64,000 nucleotides of DNA, from IMG/VR virus record IMGVR_UViG_3300025117_001212. One strand, given 5' to 3'. The notes beneath the pieces were generated by a model that saw nothing but the letters and a program-made list of their open reading frames with translations, was not told the DNA's origin and ran no database searches. The stretch comes from a virus. Shown piece by piece: positions 43,001-53,478 of the stretch (the stretch's first letter is position 1; every line of letters begins with the position of its first letter). The translations under genes were made by a program, and so were the position numbers.

Positions 43001-46000
43001 ATACTAGTGGGTTTGTTAATGAAATTAATCAGAAATGGGGAGGTATAACTTCTAAATTTGGATTTACAGATCCGTCAAAAGCATTTGGCCTTGAACCTGG
43101 AAGGATGGCTACAACAATTAGAGCTGTTACTGATTATATTAATGAATTAAATGCCAAAAGGAAAGTACAAGAAGAATTGATGTCTAGATATGAGCTTAAA
43201 CTTAAAAAGATAGAAATAGAAGAAGGTAAATCATCTGCAATATATATGAAAAAAGCTAAGGAACTTGATATTCTTTCGAGAAGTTATAACGCAATATATA
43301 ATTCATTAAGTGGATATGAGGATAAATTAAGGAAGTTACAACAAGTTCAAAGACTTGAATCTGAAAGAACTGCTGAGCACTTCAGAGGAGATATTCGTAC
43401 TACCTTAAAGGGATTCCAAGACATGATGCGATCGCAAGCAGCATGGGTTCTTGGATATGGTGTAATGTTTGGAGCAATTCGTGGTTTTAAAGATGCTTTA
43501 ATGTCAGTAGTTACAGTACAGCATGAATTGGCTCGGGCAATGAGGACTGCTAGGCAAGAAGGCATGGCTCAAGCTGAAATATTTAATATGTTTAGTGGCG
43601 CTTCAACAACTGCTATGCTGAAATATGGGCAGGGTATTGAAAATATAAGCGAGGCTCTTTATCAGTTAGGAAGTGCAGGGTTAAATGCAAAAGAAAGTGT
43701 TGCAGCGTTAAATTCTACAATGGATGCTATTGTAGCTTCAGAAGATGAAGCTCAATCTATGACTAAATTAACAGCTTCTGTGTATAATAATTTCGCAGAA
43801 AGTATTAAAGGAGCTACCACTCTTGAAGAAAAATTTAAATATATAAATGACATCTTAATTGCAACATTTGATATTCATCAGGTTGAATTAAATGAATTAA
43901 GAGATGGTTATCAACATTTAATGGCTATGGGTAAGGCTAGTAACCTAACATTTCTAGAAATGTCATCAATTCTTGGTGTATTAAATGATCATTTAATTAG
44001 ATCTGGTATGGCTGGCCGTTCCGTGCAAAGGATGTTAGCTAAAATTTCAGATAGTCCAGTTGCGTTTGCAAAGGCTTTTGGCGTAGCTATGGATCCAGAA
44101 GCTCCTCTTAATTTAATAGAAATACTTAGAGAAATTGGTACAAGAATGGATAAAGGAGCCCTGAGTATAAGTCAGGTTGGTGATGTTTTTGATAGAATGG
44201 GAATAATAGGAGCTAAGGGATTTATTTCATTAGTTAGAAATATTAATAAAGTTGATGAAGATATTCAAAGGCTTAAAGATACTTCTGTAGATTCTGCTGA
44301 AAGAATGGCGCAAGTTATGTTGGATAAGCCTGATGTAGCTTTTGGTAGGATGAAACAAACCTTAGCGGCATTAATTAGAGAAGGTTTTGAACCTCTAGTG
44401 AAAATTATGCAGATTACCGCCACTGGAGTGTCATTAGTTGGATATGAGTTCAGTTCAATGAAGGCAGAATGGCCTAAAGCAATTGGTGGAGTTGCACTAA
44501 ATGTTGTTGGATTATCTTCTGCATTTCTTGTTTTAACTTCTATTATTGGTGGTCTTAGGAATAGATTTGCAAGAGGCACTAGGGATTGGCAAACCTATTA
44601 TGATGTGGTTGGCAAATTCAATGAAAGAATAATTAACCTAAAAAGTGGGTTTTCTGCACTTGGGTCTCCATTTCAAATTGCTGGAGTCTCTAAGATGACG
44701 ACGAATATATCCAAATTAAGATATGCTTATGATTCATTAGCCATTGCTGTTATGGGTTCCGTTGGGGCTTTTACTATATTTTTGTCATTGTTAGGAGCTT
44801 ATGTTATCTACAAATTTATTGATTGGTTAATTGTAACTAATAAAGAATATACTGAATCAATAAATAAAATGACGCAAGCAATAGATGTTCATAAACAAGA
44901 AATAGATGCTCTTCAGAATAAAATTAACTCCGTCAAAGGATTAGATGAAGCTTCGAAGGCTTATAAGAAAACTCTTGAGGATACATTAAAATTAAGAAAA
45001 GAAAATATGTTGTATGATATTGAAGAAGATATGAAAAGCATGTTTAAAGATATGCCAAAAAAGATAAAAGAAACTGGTGATGAATTAGATAAGGTTAGGA
45101 AACAAATTGAAATGTCGTCAAAATTAGGTTTTAAAGATTCAGGAGCTTTATTTGGGATAGGTCAAGCTCCGGACATTAAGAAAACAGCTAAGGCTAGTAG
45201 AGAATTTGCTACTCAAATGCTATCAGCCCTTACTATTATGAAAGAAAAATTAAAGTCAATGCGTGAAGATCCTGCTTTTAGAGAACTGGCTGACAAATTA
45301 TTAAGTGATTTTAATATGAAGTTTACCTTCATAATTCAAAATCTTAAGAAACTAGCTGCCGAGGCCGGAAAAGATTTAGGTGGTAAGGTTTTCGAAGAAG
45401 CACAAAAATCGTCAAAAGGTATTATAGATTTGTTGAATACTGCAAGAAATTGGGCTAAGGAGTCAGGAAAAGAATTTGGATCTCTAATTGCTGAAGAAAT
45501 AGCTATTGGAGAAACAGGTCCTATAACTAGATTGAAAAGAGATATTAAAGAGCTCAAAAGAAAAATTGGCAAGGAAACAGAAGGGTGGGGAATTAGTGTT
45601 AGCACTGATGATATTGGTAATTTAGCAGAATATTTAAGAGAACAAGGCAAGACTGAAGGTGTTTATAAAGATTTAATTGGTTTAATAGAAAAATATAAAG
45701 ATGCTATGGTTAAATTGGGAGTTACAACTAAAGAAGTTGAAAATTCATCTCGTACACTAAATAAATCTTTTGAAGATTTAATTTATACTACTGAAAGAAA
45801 TATTGATAAGACCATATCTGGTTTCGTTCAAGATAATCTTGTTAAAATACTTTTTTCCGCAGATGCTGAAGCTATTGAGAAACAAAGACAAGCTAAGAAA
45901 ATGGTTGAAGATTTTGTTCTTGATTGGGTTAAAGCCACTGATGATATTAAACAAAAGACATTTGAAATGTTTGGTGAATCTGTAGGTGCTAAATCAGTGG

Positions 46001-47535
46001 GGGATTATTTTGATAAAAGAATGGTTCAAATTACGAGATATCAATATTTAATTGAGGAACTGGCTAATAGAGAAGCTGATCTTGCTAAAAAAGATGTAAT
46101 GCGTCAAATGTTAGATAGGGAGAATAAATCAGCATTATCACATGAAAAATCAATGCAAGATCTCCAATATAGAATGAAAGAATATCATACTGTTGAAGAA
46201 GTGGTTGCTAAAGATATGTCTGATCGTAAGAATGAAGTAACGGCCATTGTTGATAAAATAAACGAACAAAGTAGGGCTATTGAAAATTTAAAATTAGTGC
46301 TTTCTACTTTAAGTGAAGATGAAGTTAAGAGGATTGATGCTATTTCTAAGAGTATAGAATATTATGAAAAAGAAATTGATAGGTTGAAGAAAGAATTAAA
46401 ACAACGTAAAGAAACAAATCAAGTAGAAACTGAAAGACTAACAATTCAAGAAAGAATTAGGCAAGCTCAAGAAAAATTTAATATGGTAATTAAATTATCA
46501 AATGACTTGATAGAGTATGGTGATGTTCTCTATGGAAGATCATTTGCCACTCAAGGATTTATTTTACAGCAAATGGCAGAAAGATTGCAACTTGAGAAAA
46601 CTCTTCAAGATATGATTGCCCGTGGATTGATTAATGAGACTGATAAAGTAAGAATTCTAGCTGATTTCAAATCAGATATGGCTCGTCGTGAGTATGAATC
46701 AAGAGTTGATTTGGAGAATAAAATTCTTAATCTCACATTAGAAAGATTACAAAAACAGGCTGAAGCAGAATATAGAGGATTCAAAGAAACTGAAGGACAA
46801 TTTGATTGGTTCTATACGTCTCTTAAGGCTGGAACTTATGGGTCTTGGTTGGAGGTTGAAAATATTTCAAAAGCGGTTACAGATGGTACTAGATCAGCAA
46901 TAGATATGACTACTGGTATGATGACTGACATGACAATGCAATTTGTTCAAGGCAGTAAGGATGGCTTAGAAGGATATAAACAAATTCTAGCATCTACATT
47001 GCAAGAAGCTGGAAAGGAATTAACAGCTTATGGCATGAAATTGTTGTTCATCTATGTATTAAAAAAGGCTATGGGAATGGTTGCTGGAAGTGCTGGAGGT
47101 TCCGAATATGGTGCTAATTTTAATTATTCTTTTGGAGGGGGTGGTACTCCTGTTGAAATGGCCGGAGGTGGTATTCTTAGAGGAGGAATAAAAGGTAGGG
47201 ATTCTATTTTAATTCTCGGTTCTGATGGTGAGTACATGATGCCTAAAGATTCAGTAGATTACTACGGAGCTGATCTAATGGAGCGGCTTCGTAGAAAAGA
47301 TATCAAAAAAATGCAAGATGGTGGTTCTGTTGGCGGAATTAGCAAAACTACCGTTTCAACTTCTGATGGTGAAGAATCACAACCAACAACTATAATTGAA
47401 AATCATTTTCATATTCAAGCAATGGATGCGGCCTCATTTAGTTCATTTGCTAAAAAACATTCTGGTATATTTGGAGCGGCTGTTGTTCATGATTATCGCA
47501 ATGATGGTATTTCTCGAAAGGGTTTGAAAGGATAA
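40096..47535 (+). CDS. tape measure protein with embedded PD-(D/E)XK nuclease domain
   Basis: TP901-type core near 43.5-44.4 kb (EALYQLGSAGL); C-terminal MAGGG...GRDSILILGSDGEY; nuclease motifs at 41.1-41.8 kb. Confidence 0.9.
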   Translation: MGKVESREIKFLVTLRNEMQSGVAGFKKDIKEINDAVASVRGAMEDLQSMTEMSGKGGATAFGTATTMLKEFITTLGEFGKKGKEKSTLEAFKSISTSFEKISKGITVAENSMTVITRVVEQLNKAAGSIKDPAGISRVTEVFKEMAGIVKALSAGGDTEKASTFFKSLSEAAARFGQGGTMVTAIKDIANTKDELTSVASLLEKIVTLMSSPGLESGASAMARALTGIGVGGGGGAPSSYINWSGMSGGMIERLSKDVEKRGIDKETINAFDKYINKVRFVSQEMDAFVKQMVDKKSGDISGLVSQMEKGLSGVFSASELSSIATKSTYAEAIPGEIQSLGLFRGTVTHKAIEETLKHLGVGKGGIIGESFIEMITSQAYKTEQFAINMANEAKSASAAFKAMVSEGLSKGGVNPEAPKIKEQIERAAGNLEREFITWSRNFFPMLRERAVKAFGGDIDAIAKGLQSTRIELEKPIQALTMIKPGGGLDIQGELKESAQRYLRTTIKQMRTVIGDKSQFKEFMTTLKQRGLAITGTLDLLVDFGKQFEKLIIDWKTGYADPKGMYTVLQQMIYQIGTARQLGVPIGKVKSLIGATRTGTFSPSGMDVSATEVKGVAESFQKENELAKENSKLTEEQVKLMDQLIARNKELEAIKQRLNSLEKSSRASAQTKVASVAAIGGGAAGGAGGGGPISEDPERLNRIVVIYDNMSTVIERLQMVKRDAALATSKFTEALTSAYYRQEMLGEKTDITSARMTQYSNIISSIATTFGKFFIVQEGGASVQDRVFAQFERFNNIGGAVAKNYEKINTLIEKRNNLLSRAKYELGESTNRNASGVKTGTVEDFYATMSKVGAGDTSKKLKVLALKMREFDVQIGIAEKDYKEFTHALIAGANGSDEFKLSTEKSTEELKEFFKILREVDEEFARAPSKIGTAEQAIQRITQAIERQRTVALKSQLPGGGSFQTMIKDTSGFVNEINQKWGGITSKFGFTDPSKAFGLEPGRMATTIRAVTDYINELNAKRKVQEELMSRYELKLKKIEIEEGKSSAIYMKKAKELDILSRSYNAIYNSLSGYEDKLRKLQQVQRLESERTAEHFRGDIRTTLKGFQDMMRSQAAWVLGYGVMFGAIRGFKDALMSVVTVQHELARAMRTARQEGMAQAEIFNMFSGASTTAMLKYGQGIENISEALYQLGSAGLNAKESVAALNSTMDAIVASEDEAQSMTKLTASVYNNFAESIKGATTLEEKFKYINDILIATFDIHQVELNELRDGYQHLMAMGKASNLTFLEMSSILGVLNDHLIRSGMAGRSVQRMLAKISDSPVAFAKAFGVAMDPEAPLNLIEILREIGTRMDKGALSISQVGDVFDRMGIIGAKGFISLVRNINKVDEDIQRLKDTSVDSAERMAQVMLDKPDVAFGRMKQTLAALIREGFEPLVKIMQITATGVSLVGYEFSSMKAEWPKAIGGVALNVVGLSSAFLVLTSIIGGLRNRFARGTRDWQTYYDVVGKFNERIINLKSGFSALGSPFQIAGVSKMTTNISKLRYAYDSLAIAVMGSVGAFTIFLSLLGAYVIYKFIDWLIVTNKEYTESINKMTQAIDVHKQEIDALQNKINSVKGLDEASKAYKKTLEDTLKLRKENMLYDIEEDMKSMFKDMPKKIKETGDELDKVRKQIEMSSKLGFKDSGALFGIGQAPDIKKTAKASREFATQMLSALTIMKEKLKSMREDPAFRELADKLLSDFNMKFTFIIQNLKKLAAEAGKDLGGKVFEEAQKSSKGIIDLLNTARNWAKESGKEFGSLIAEEIAIGETGPITRLKRDIKELKRKIGKETEGWGISVSTDDIGNLAEYLREQGKTEGVYKDLIGLIEKYKDAMVKLGVTTKEVENSSRTLNKSFEDLIYTTERNIDKTISGFVQDNLVKILFSADAEAIEKQRQAKKMVEDFVLDWVKATDDIKQKTFEMFGESVGAKSVGDYFDKRMVQITRYQYLIEELANREADLAKKDVMRQMLDRENKSALSHEKSMQDLQYRMKEYHTVEEVVAKDMSDRKNEVTAIVDKINEQSRAIENLKLVLSTLSEDEVKRIDAISKSIEYYEKEIDRLKKELKQRKETNQVETERLTIQERIRQAQEKFNMVIKLSNDLIEYGDVLYGRSFATQGFILQQMAERLQLEKTLQDMIARGLINETDKVRILADFKSDMARREYESRVDLENKILNLTLERLQKQAEAEYRGFKETEGQFDWFYTSLKAGTYGSWLEVENISKAVTDGTRSAIDMTTGMMTDMTMQFVQGSKDGLEGYKQILASTLQEAGKELTAYGMKLLFIYVLKKAMGMVAGSAGGSEYGANFNYSFGGGGTPVEMAGGGILRGGIKGRDSILILGSDGEYMMPKDSVDYYGADLMERLRRKDIKKMQDGGSVGGISKTTVSTSDGEESQPTTIIENHFHIQAMDAASFSSFAKKHSGIFGAAVVHDYRNDGISRKGLKG

Positions 47536-47538
47536 GTC

Positions 47539-47895
47539 ATGGCTGATTTTCCATCAGATCCTCAACCTGTTTCTATCCTAGGAGAAGGTCGGGTATTTAA
47601 GACTAGAATCAATGAAGCTGGATATGGTTCAGAACAAAGATTGCAACAATGGGCATATTCTAAGCGAAAATTTAAATTAAGATATATTTATGAAGATTTC
47701 AGGTCTACAATTTGGGCATTTGCTAAAAGTAAAAATGGATCTGCAAATTCATTTACTTTTAATCCGCATGACTTTCTCCCAAATCTGTATAATTCTGAAG
47801 ATATAACAATGAGATTTGCGTCAGATGAAATAGGTCGAGAAGTGAGCCTATATGGTTTTTATGGAATAGAAGTAGAACTCATCGAGGTAATGTAG
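47539..47895 (+). CDS. distal tail protein (lambda gpM/DUF2460-like)
   Basis: GYGSEQR ... SFTFNP ... MRF; follows tape measure. Confidence 0.75.
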   Translation: MADFPSDPQPVSILGEGRVFKTRINEAGYGSEQRLQQWAYSKRKFKLRYIYEDFRSTIWAFAKSKNGSANSFTFNPHDFLPNLYNSEDITMRFASDEIGREVSLYGFYGIEVELIEVM

Positions 47896-47897
47896 CC

Positions 47898-48524
47898 GTG
47901 CCTAGAGCCCCGTCAGCCGGATTTATTGAAGAAAAGAATAAAGCTGAAGTTGCAAGTATAAATCTTTATACTTTTAAGTATGATCCTGGAAGTATTGGTA
48001 CTTGGGAATATTTAGCAGAACATGATATTAATGTTTCTTTTGGTGGAATAACTTATGTTAAATCTTCAATACGTCGTGAAGATATAGAAAGTAAAAAAGA
48101 AGGGGCTATAGCTACGACATCCATAGTGGTTCCTGATCTAACTGGAAGTATTTGGGGATCAGTGCTAAATAACTCTGCTACTCTAAAAAAGATGACTATA
48201 AATATAAAGATGGCCTGGCTTGATAGATTAGATGATGCTAGTGCTTATATTGAAGATGAATTCGAAGTAGATTCTGCTGAAACTAATGAACTGAATGTAG
48301 TATTTTCATTGAAGAACCCTTTGATTTTTGATGACTTCATGCCTCGGTTCATGTATATGCATAACAAGTGTAGGTACATTATATTTAAATTATCTGAAGG
48401 TGGAACTAGATGCAAATATGTTGGAGTTGAAACTGAATGTGATAGATCTTGGCGTAGATGTAATGAATTAGATAACTTACCTAATTTTGGTGGCTTTCCT
48501 CAAATTAAAAAGAAATGGTATTGA
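47898..48524 (+). CDS. minor tail protein L-like
   Basis: four Cys (CRY, CKY, CDRSWRRC) and NFGGFP, as in Fe-S-binding lambda gpL. Confidence 0.8.
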   Translation: MPRAPSAGFIEEKNKAEVASINLYTFKYDPGSIGTWEYLAEHDINVSFGGITYVKSSIRREDIESKKEGAIATTSIVVPDLTGSIWGSVLNNSATLKKMTINIKMAWLDRLDDASAYIEDEFEVDSAETNELNVVFSLKNPLIFDDFMPRFMYMHNKCRYIIFKLSEGGTRCKYVGVETECDRSWRRCNELDNLPNFGGFPQIKKKWY

Positions 48525-48884
48525 TTGGTTTTAATTATGCTAGATTTAGAAAAATATAAGGGAATTCCACATAGTCAACTTTGTTGTTTTGGATTGGTTC
48601 ATAAAATATTCCAAGACAATGGAATTGATATAGGTAATCATACAGATAGGAATTTCTTTGAGAATTGGGAAATAATTGATGAAATGAATATTAGATTATT
48701 TGACATTATATATATGGAACCACCAGATGGATTGACCAAACATATTGGATTATATATTGGCGATGGAATGATGCTTCATTCTATGAATAAGCATGGATCA
48801 AAATTAATTAAAGTTTCACTTTATAAAAAATGGATCAAAAGAATTTATCGCTGGAAAGGTAGTCATGGCAAAGATCATATTTAA
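48525..48884 (+). CDS. NlpC/P60 tail protein (lambda gpK-like)
   Basis: CCFGLV ... HIGLYIGDGMMLH. Confidence 0.85.
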   Translation: MVLIMLDLEKYKGIPHSQLCCFGLVHKIFQDNGIDIGNHTDRNFFENWEIIDEMNIRLFDIIYMEPPDGLTKHIGLYIGDGMMLHSMNKHGSKLIKVSLYKKWIKRIYRWKGSHGKDHI

Positions 48885-51800
48885 ACCAAATCCTTTTGAA
48901 AAAGATGAGATTTATTTTAATGCAAGAGGTAAGACAATTACTGACTGTGTTAATGATTTTTTATTCATTAGAAGAGATTTAGTTCCTCATTTTTTTAAAG
49001 GTAGATTTGATGTCGTTTTAAATGATATATCTCTTCCTAACGATTTATCTTTTATGAATTTGTTAGTTTATGATGAAGATGAAATATATATAACCCCTTC
49101 GGTTGGTACTGAAGCGATGGCTATATATGCGATTGTAACTCTCATTGTAAGTATGATTCTTTCGTATATATCTTATAGGATGATGGCTGAAGATTTAGAT
49201 GAGATGCAAAATGAGAAATCAAAAACATATGGTTTTGATAAAAATGTAATAATGGAAGAAGGGGATCCTATTCAGTTAAATTTTGGCACAATCCAAGTAG
49301 TTCCTGCTGTTATTGGCTCATATATCGAAACCCCTATGGTCCATGACCGTAAATATATGAAAGCTGGTGCCGATACATTTACAATTTCACTCACTTCTGA
49401 AGTTGATTTTACTAATACATTTACTGTTACTCCAGCTATCCCTGCTGACCCTTTGGCTCCAAAAGGAATTATTTCTATTGATATACCATTTATAATGCCC
49501 GGAAATGGAAAGATGGTAGATACAGGATATGGAGATGAAGTTTGGGGTGGTCCTACATTAAAGTTTGAATACAATTATAAACCAGAAGGTGGAGATTGGG
49601 TTGGCAAACAATCTTGGTACAATGGTGAACATCTTCAAATCCATAGATTAGATCCTGATGTTGCTTCATATGAAATAGAAATTAAAGTAAAGGGCCTTAT
49701 GGCTTATATGGAACATTCTAATACTTATGATGAATTTGGTAATATTACAGGATACCAAGATGATTACCAAGATTTTCAATTTGTAGATTATGATAATATA
49801 AGTTGTGATGTCTATTATAATTCTTTTAGTATTGCGTCAACAACTCAACATCTTAATCTTTTGTTGGCATGGGGTGAAGGTGTAATAGAAGGTGTTAGAG
49901 AGATTTATATAAATGATTTGCCTCTAAGTGATTATCAGGATGATGAAGAACCGACTATTGTTAGGCTAGAACATAGATATGGTACTGACGACCAAACTGC
50001 TGTTGAGGACTTTTCAAGTGCTGTTGAAGCAGTATCTACAGAAACATTTCCAATAGAATTAACAGAAGCTAATCCAGTATCTCCATCAATATCTATGACT
50101 GCTACTGATTGCAGTAGCATAACTATAGGATTTAAATCTAGAATTTTTGAAGTAACTAATAGCGGAGTTAAAGATAGAAGTGTTTCGGTTAAAATTGAAG
50201 TATCAGTATATGGCTCAGGAGTATGGACTATTCTTGACAATTCTTTTGAAATGACAAGTAAAGATACTAATTTTTTATATTATTCAAGAAAATATTCTTT
50301 AGAAACTCCTGGCAGATATACTATGAGAATTACTAGATTAAGCCCAGATGCTGGTGGGGATGATGGTGATTCAGCGACTGTTTATTGGCAATATTTTAAT
50401 GCCTATTCTTTAGTTGGATATACCTATCCTGGAACGGCATTGACTTCTGTTAAATTTATTGCTACTGAAAAAATATCTGGAGGGATGCCTACTCTACGCG
50501 GTGTTGTTTTAGGTATCATAATGACGGTTCCTAGAATTCAGGTCTCTAGTGAAACTGTAGATTTTTGCCACTGTTATTATGACCCATATAGTGCAATATA
50601 TCGTATTTATGATGATACTGATTACACATTTGATGTGGCTTGTGACGGATTAACATCTAATACTGAAACTCAATGGACTTCAAATCCTTTCTGGATTTAT
50701 TATAATTGCTTAATTAATGAAGAATGGGGTTATGGAGATAGAGTGGGTGTTGATAAAGTAAGTTTCAGTGATATTATGACTGCTGGAAAGTGGGCTGATG
50801 AATTAGTTATCGTAGATGAGGGGGGAACTGGAAAAGAAATAACATCAGCTTTGACAACATTCACATCAACTACTGTTACTGTGACAGGTGCAAGTTGGGA
50901 AGTTGATGAACATAAGAATAAATATGTTAGAGTAGCAATGGTTAGTTCTCCAGTATATAGTAGTGATTATCAAATTAGAAAAATCGTTAGTAATACTTCA
51001 GATCAAATTACTGTCTTGCAATGGTCGACTACTCCAACTAATGGATTTACTATAGATATAGTTAAGCAAATGAAAAAGAGGTTTTCATTTGATGGAACAT
51101 TAGATAAATTTGTAAAGGTTGTTGATTGGTTCAAATCGTTACTCTTTATAGCCAGGGCGAATCCTGTATTGATTGGAACTACATATTCAGTAGCTTGCGA
51201 TAAACAGAAATTACTTTCTGATACTATTATGTTAACTGCTGGAAATGTTTTAGATGGTTCATTTTCTGAACAAATGCAATTCAAAAAACCAACTCATTAT
51301 ACTTGTTCATATCTAAACGCTGCTGATTTCTATAAAAGAGCATATCATGGCGTAACAGCTCCAGATTGGACTATTTTAGATAAAAGATATGATGTGAATT
51401 ATGATTTCTTTGGCATAACTGATACCGCTCATGCGATGAAAATGCTTGAGTATTTGAGGAATAAGGATGCTTATTGCAGTCGCACTGCTGTTTCAAAAGG
51501 AATGCTTGATAGCATACTTGCCCTCCCTAGTGAAAGAGTTAAATTTAGTCATCCTAGGCCCGAGTGGGGATGGAGCGGAAGAGTTGTTGATGCAGGAACA
51601 GATGCTAATGGTGATTATTTAACATTAGATGCCCCGGTTACGATAGAAGCTGCTACTGTATATTTGCTATATGTGAGAGTAAATGAATTAATTACTGAAT
51701 ATGAAGTTGACGAATCATTGACAGGGATTGGTGAGGTTACTACTTTATATATTACGACAACATGGTCATCAGTTCCAACTGCATTTGAAGATTTATGGAT

Positions 51801-53466
51801 TCTTGTTAATGACACTGATAACATTGAAGCTAAGGATTTTACGATAGAAGGTCTTAAAAGATCTAATGAAAATGTTCCTGAATTCTTTTTGTTAGAATAT
51901 AATGATTCTGTTTATAGCGATGAAGAAGTGGTGCCTACTGAAATTGTTAGCGGGCTTGTACATAAGAAACTTCCTGCCCTAGCTGGCTTAGATGTTCATC
52001 TAGATTGGGTTTTAGATCTATCAACGCATACTTGGGCTCCGCACATATTTTTAAGTTTTGAGCTTGATCAGACTGCTGCTTATAGATCTAAAATAGTTAA
52101 GGGTAGAGTATTTGGTAGTTTTAGGGATGGAAATGTTGCATCTAGGGGAGTAACTGATAAAGGATATGACTTTTCTTTTGATGTAGATCAACTAATAATT
52201 AATTATCCAGCCAAAACACTTCATGATAAGACATTATTTGTTAATGCTGCATTGATAAACGAAAGCGGTGGTGTTGGATATTTAATGTCTGAAGATGTTG
52301 TATTTTATATAGATACTTCGTGGGCTCCACCTATAGGGGTTAATACTGTTACTATAGATTGGACAAATACTGATTTTTATAAAGATTTTTATTCAATTGT
52401 TGTTTATTGGGATCCTGCTGGTTGGCGTTTAAATGATTCTTTGAAGTATGAACCAATAGTACATTGGAATAATGGTGATAATTATTACAACTATAAAAAA
52501 TATGTCATTGCATGGGCGATAGTTTCAGATAATGGCATTTATCCTGATCTTGATAAGGTTAATATATTTGAAAGAGATGTTGGTAATATTTTAAAATTAG
52601 ATGGTACACCTGAAACCGATGAGGATATTTTGAATGATATTTGCTTGAAGTCATCTAGCATTAGAGTTGATAATATGCCTTATGGCACTCATTGGATATG
52701 TTTCACAGTGGCTGCAATTTTAGCTGATGGAAGATTAGCTATTGATGCCAGTAATTCTCCGACATACGGACTTGATTGGGATTGGCTTCAGGTTAAGGCT
52801 CCTGGTGGTCCTGGGAATACAGTAGAGGATATAGAAGTTACTAATTTCGAAGTATATTATAATGCTCAGCCTGGATTAGTTGATGTAACTGAAATTCATT
52901 GGGATTACATGTTAGAAGCTCCAGATATAGATGGTTTTGCATTTTTTGTTAGATATCAACCATTTTTTTGGGGATGGGAACTTAGTACAACTTTGCCAAG
53001 TAATGCCACTAGTTTTATTCCTAACACTTATCTTGATTTGACTCTCGAAAATAAAGAAAATGCTTTTAATCATCTAATTACAATAATGTCGGTGTGGAAA
53101 GCAGAAGGAAGGCCATATTGCTTTTTTATGATATCAGATGGAGTCAAATATGAAGTCATTAGATGTAATCTAGCATTAACAAATCCAGTAATCAGCCCTC
53201 CCGGTACATGGGTTGTAGAAAGAGGAATGGAAGGAACTACTGCTGGTGAATTCTTAACAGGAGCAAGTTTCTTTTTTAGTCCAAGTGAATATACCGACAA
53301 TACAGCATTGTATGATATTCCGTCGGCTAGGAGCTTTCCATTGCCGCAGCCAGTTAGAATTACTTGGGCTGTTCATTTAACTATGTGTGCTTACAAGTTA
53401 ATTTCAGAAGCTCCAGGATATTTAAGAAGTTATTATGCCTATCCAGAGGCAATTAATCAGGGATAG
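48865..53466 (+). CDS. tail tip/host-specificity protein (gpI-like N-terminus fused to gpJ-like)
   Basis: PIQLNFG, WGEGVIEGV.EIYIND, YPGTAL, WTSNPFW, RFSFDG. Confidence 0.85.
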   Translation: MAKIIFKPNPFEKDEIYFNARGKTITDCVNDFLFIRRDLVPHFFKGRFDVVLNDISLPNDLSFMNLLVYDEDEIYITPSVGTEAMAIYAIVTLIVSMILSYISYRMMAEDLDEMQNEKSKTYGFDKNVIMEEGDPIQLNFGTIQVVPAVIGSYIETPMVHDRKYMKAGADTFTISLTSEVDFTNTFTVTPAIPADPLAPKGIISIDIPFIMPGNGKMVDTGYGDEVWGGPTLKFEYNYKPEGGDWVGKQSWYNGEHLQIHRLDPDVASYEIEIKVKGLMAYMEHSNTYDEFGNITGYQDDYQDFQFVDYDNISCDVYYNSFSIASTTQHLNLLLAWGEGVIEGVREIYINDLPLSDYQDDEEPTIVRLEHRYGTDDQTAVEDFSSAVEAVSTETFPIELTEANPVSPSISMTATDCSSITIGFKSRIFEVTNSGVKDRSVSVKIEVSVYGSGVWTILDNSFEMTSKDTNFLYYSRKYSLETPGRYTMRITRLSPDAGGDDGDSATVYWQYFNAYSLVGYTYPGTALTSVKFIATEKISGGMPTLRGVVLGIIMTVPRIQVSSETVDFCHCYYDPYSAIYRIYDDTDYTFDVACDGLTSNTETQWTSNPFWIYYNCLINEEWGYGDRVGVDKVSFSDIMTAGKWADELVIVDEGGTGKEITSALTTFTSTTVTVTGASWEVDEHKNKYVRVAMVSSPVYSSDYQIRKIVSNTSDQITVLQWSTTPTNGFTIDIVKQMKKRFSFDGTLDKFVKVVDWFKSLLFIARANPVLIGTTYSVACDKQKLLSDTIMLTAGNVLDGSFSEQMQFKKPTHYTCSYLNAADFYKRAYHGVTAPDWTILDKRYDVNYDFFGITDTAHAMKMLEYLRNKDAYCSRTAVSKGMLDSILALPSERVKFSHPRPEWGWSGRVVDAGTDANGDYLTLDAPVTIEAATVYLLYVRVNELITEYEVDESLTGIGEVTTLYITTTWSSVPTAFEDLWILVNDTDNIEAKDFTIEGLKRSNENVPEFFLLEYNDSVYSDEEVVPTEIVSGLVHKKLPALAGLDVHLDWVLDLSTHTWAPHIFLSFELDQTAAYRSKIVKGRVFGSFRDGNVASRGVTDKGYDFSFDVDQLIINYPAKTLHDKTLFVNAALINESGGVGYLMSEDVVFYIDTSWAPPIGVNTVTIDWTNTDFYKDFYSIVVYWDPAGWRLNDSLKYEPIVHWNNGDNYYNYKKYVIAWAIVSDNGIYPDLDKVNIFERDVGNILKLDGTPETDEDILNDICLKSSSIRVDNMPYGTHWICFTVAAILADGRLAIDASNSPTYGLDWDWLQVKAPGGPGNTVEDIEVTNFEVYYNAQPGLVDVTEIHWDYMLEAPDIDGFAFFVRYQPFFWGWELSTTLPSNATSFIPNTYLDLTLENKENAFNHLITIMSVWKAEGRPYCFFMISDGVKYEVIRCNLALTNPVISPPGTWVVERGMEGTTAGEFLTGASFFFSPSEYTDNTALYDIPSARSFPLPQPVRITWAVHLTMCAYKLISEAPGYLRSYYAYPEAINQG

Positions 53467-53478
53467 TGGAGATATAAT

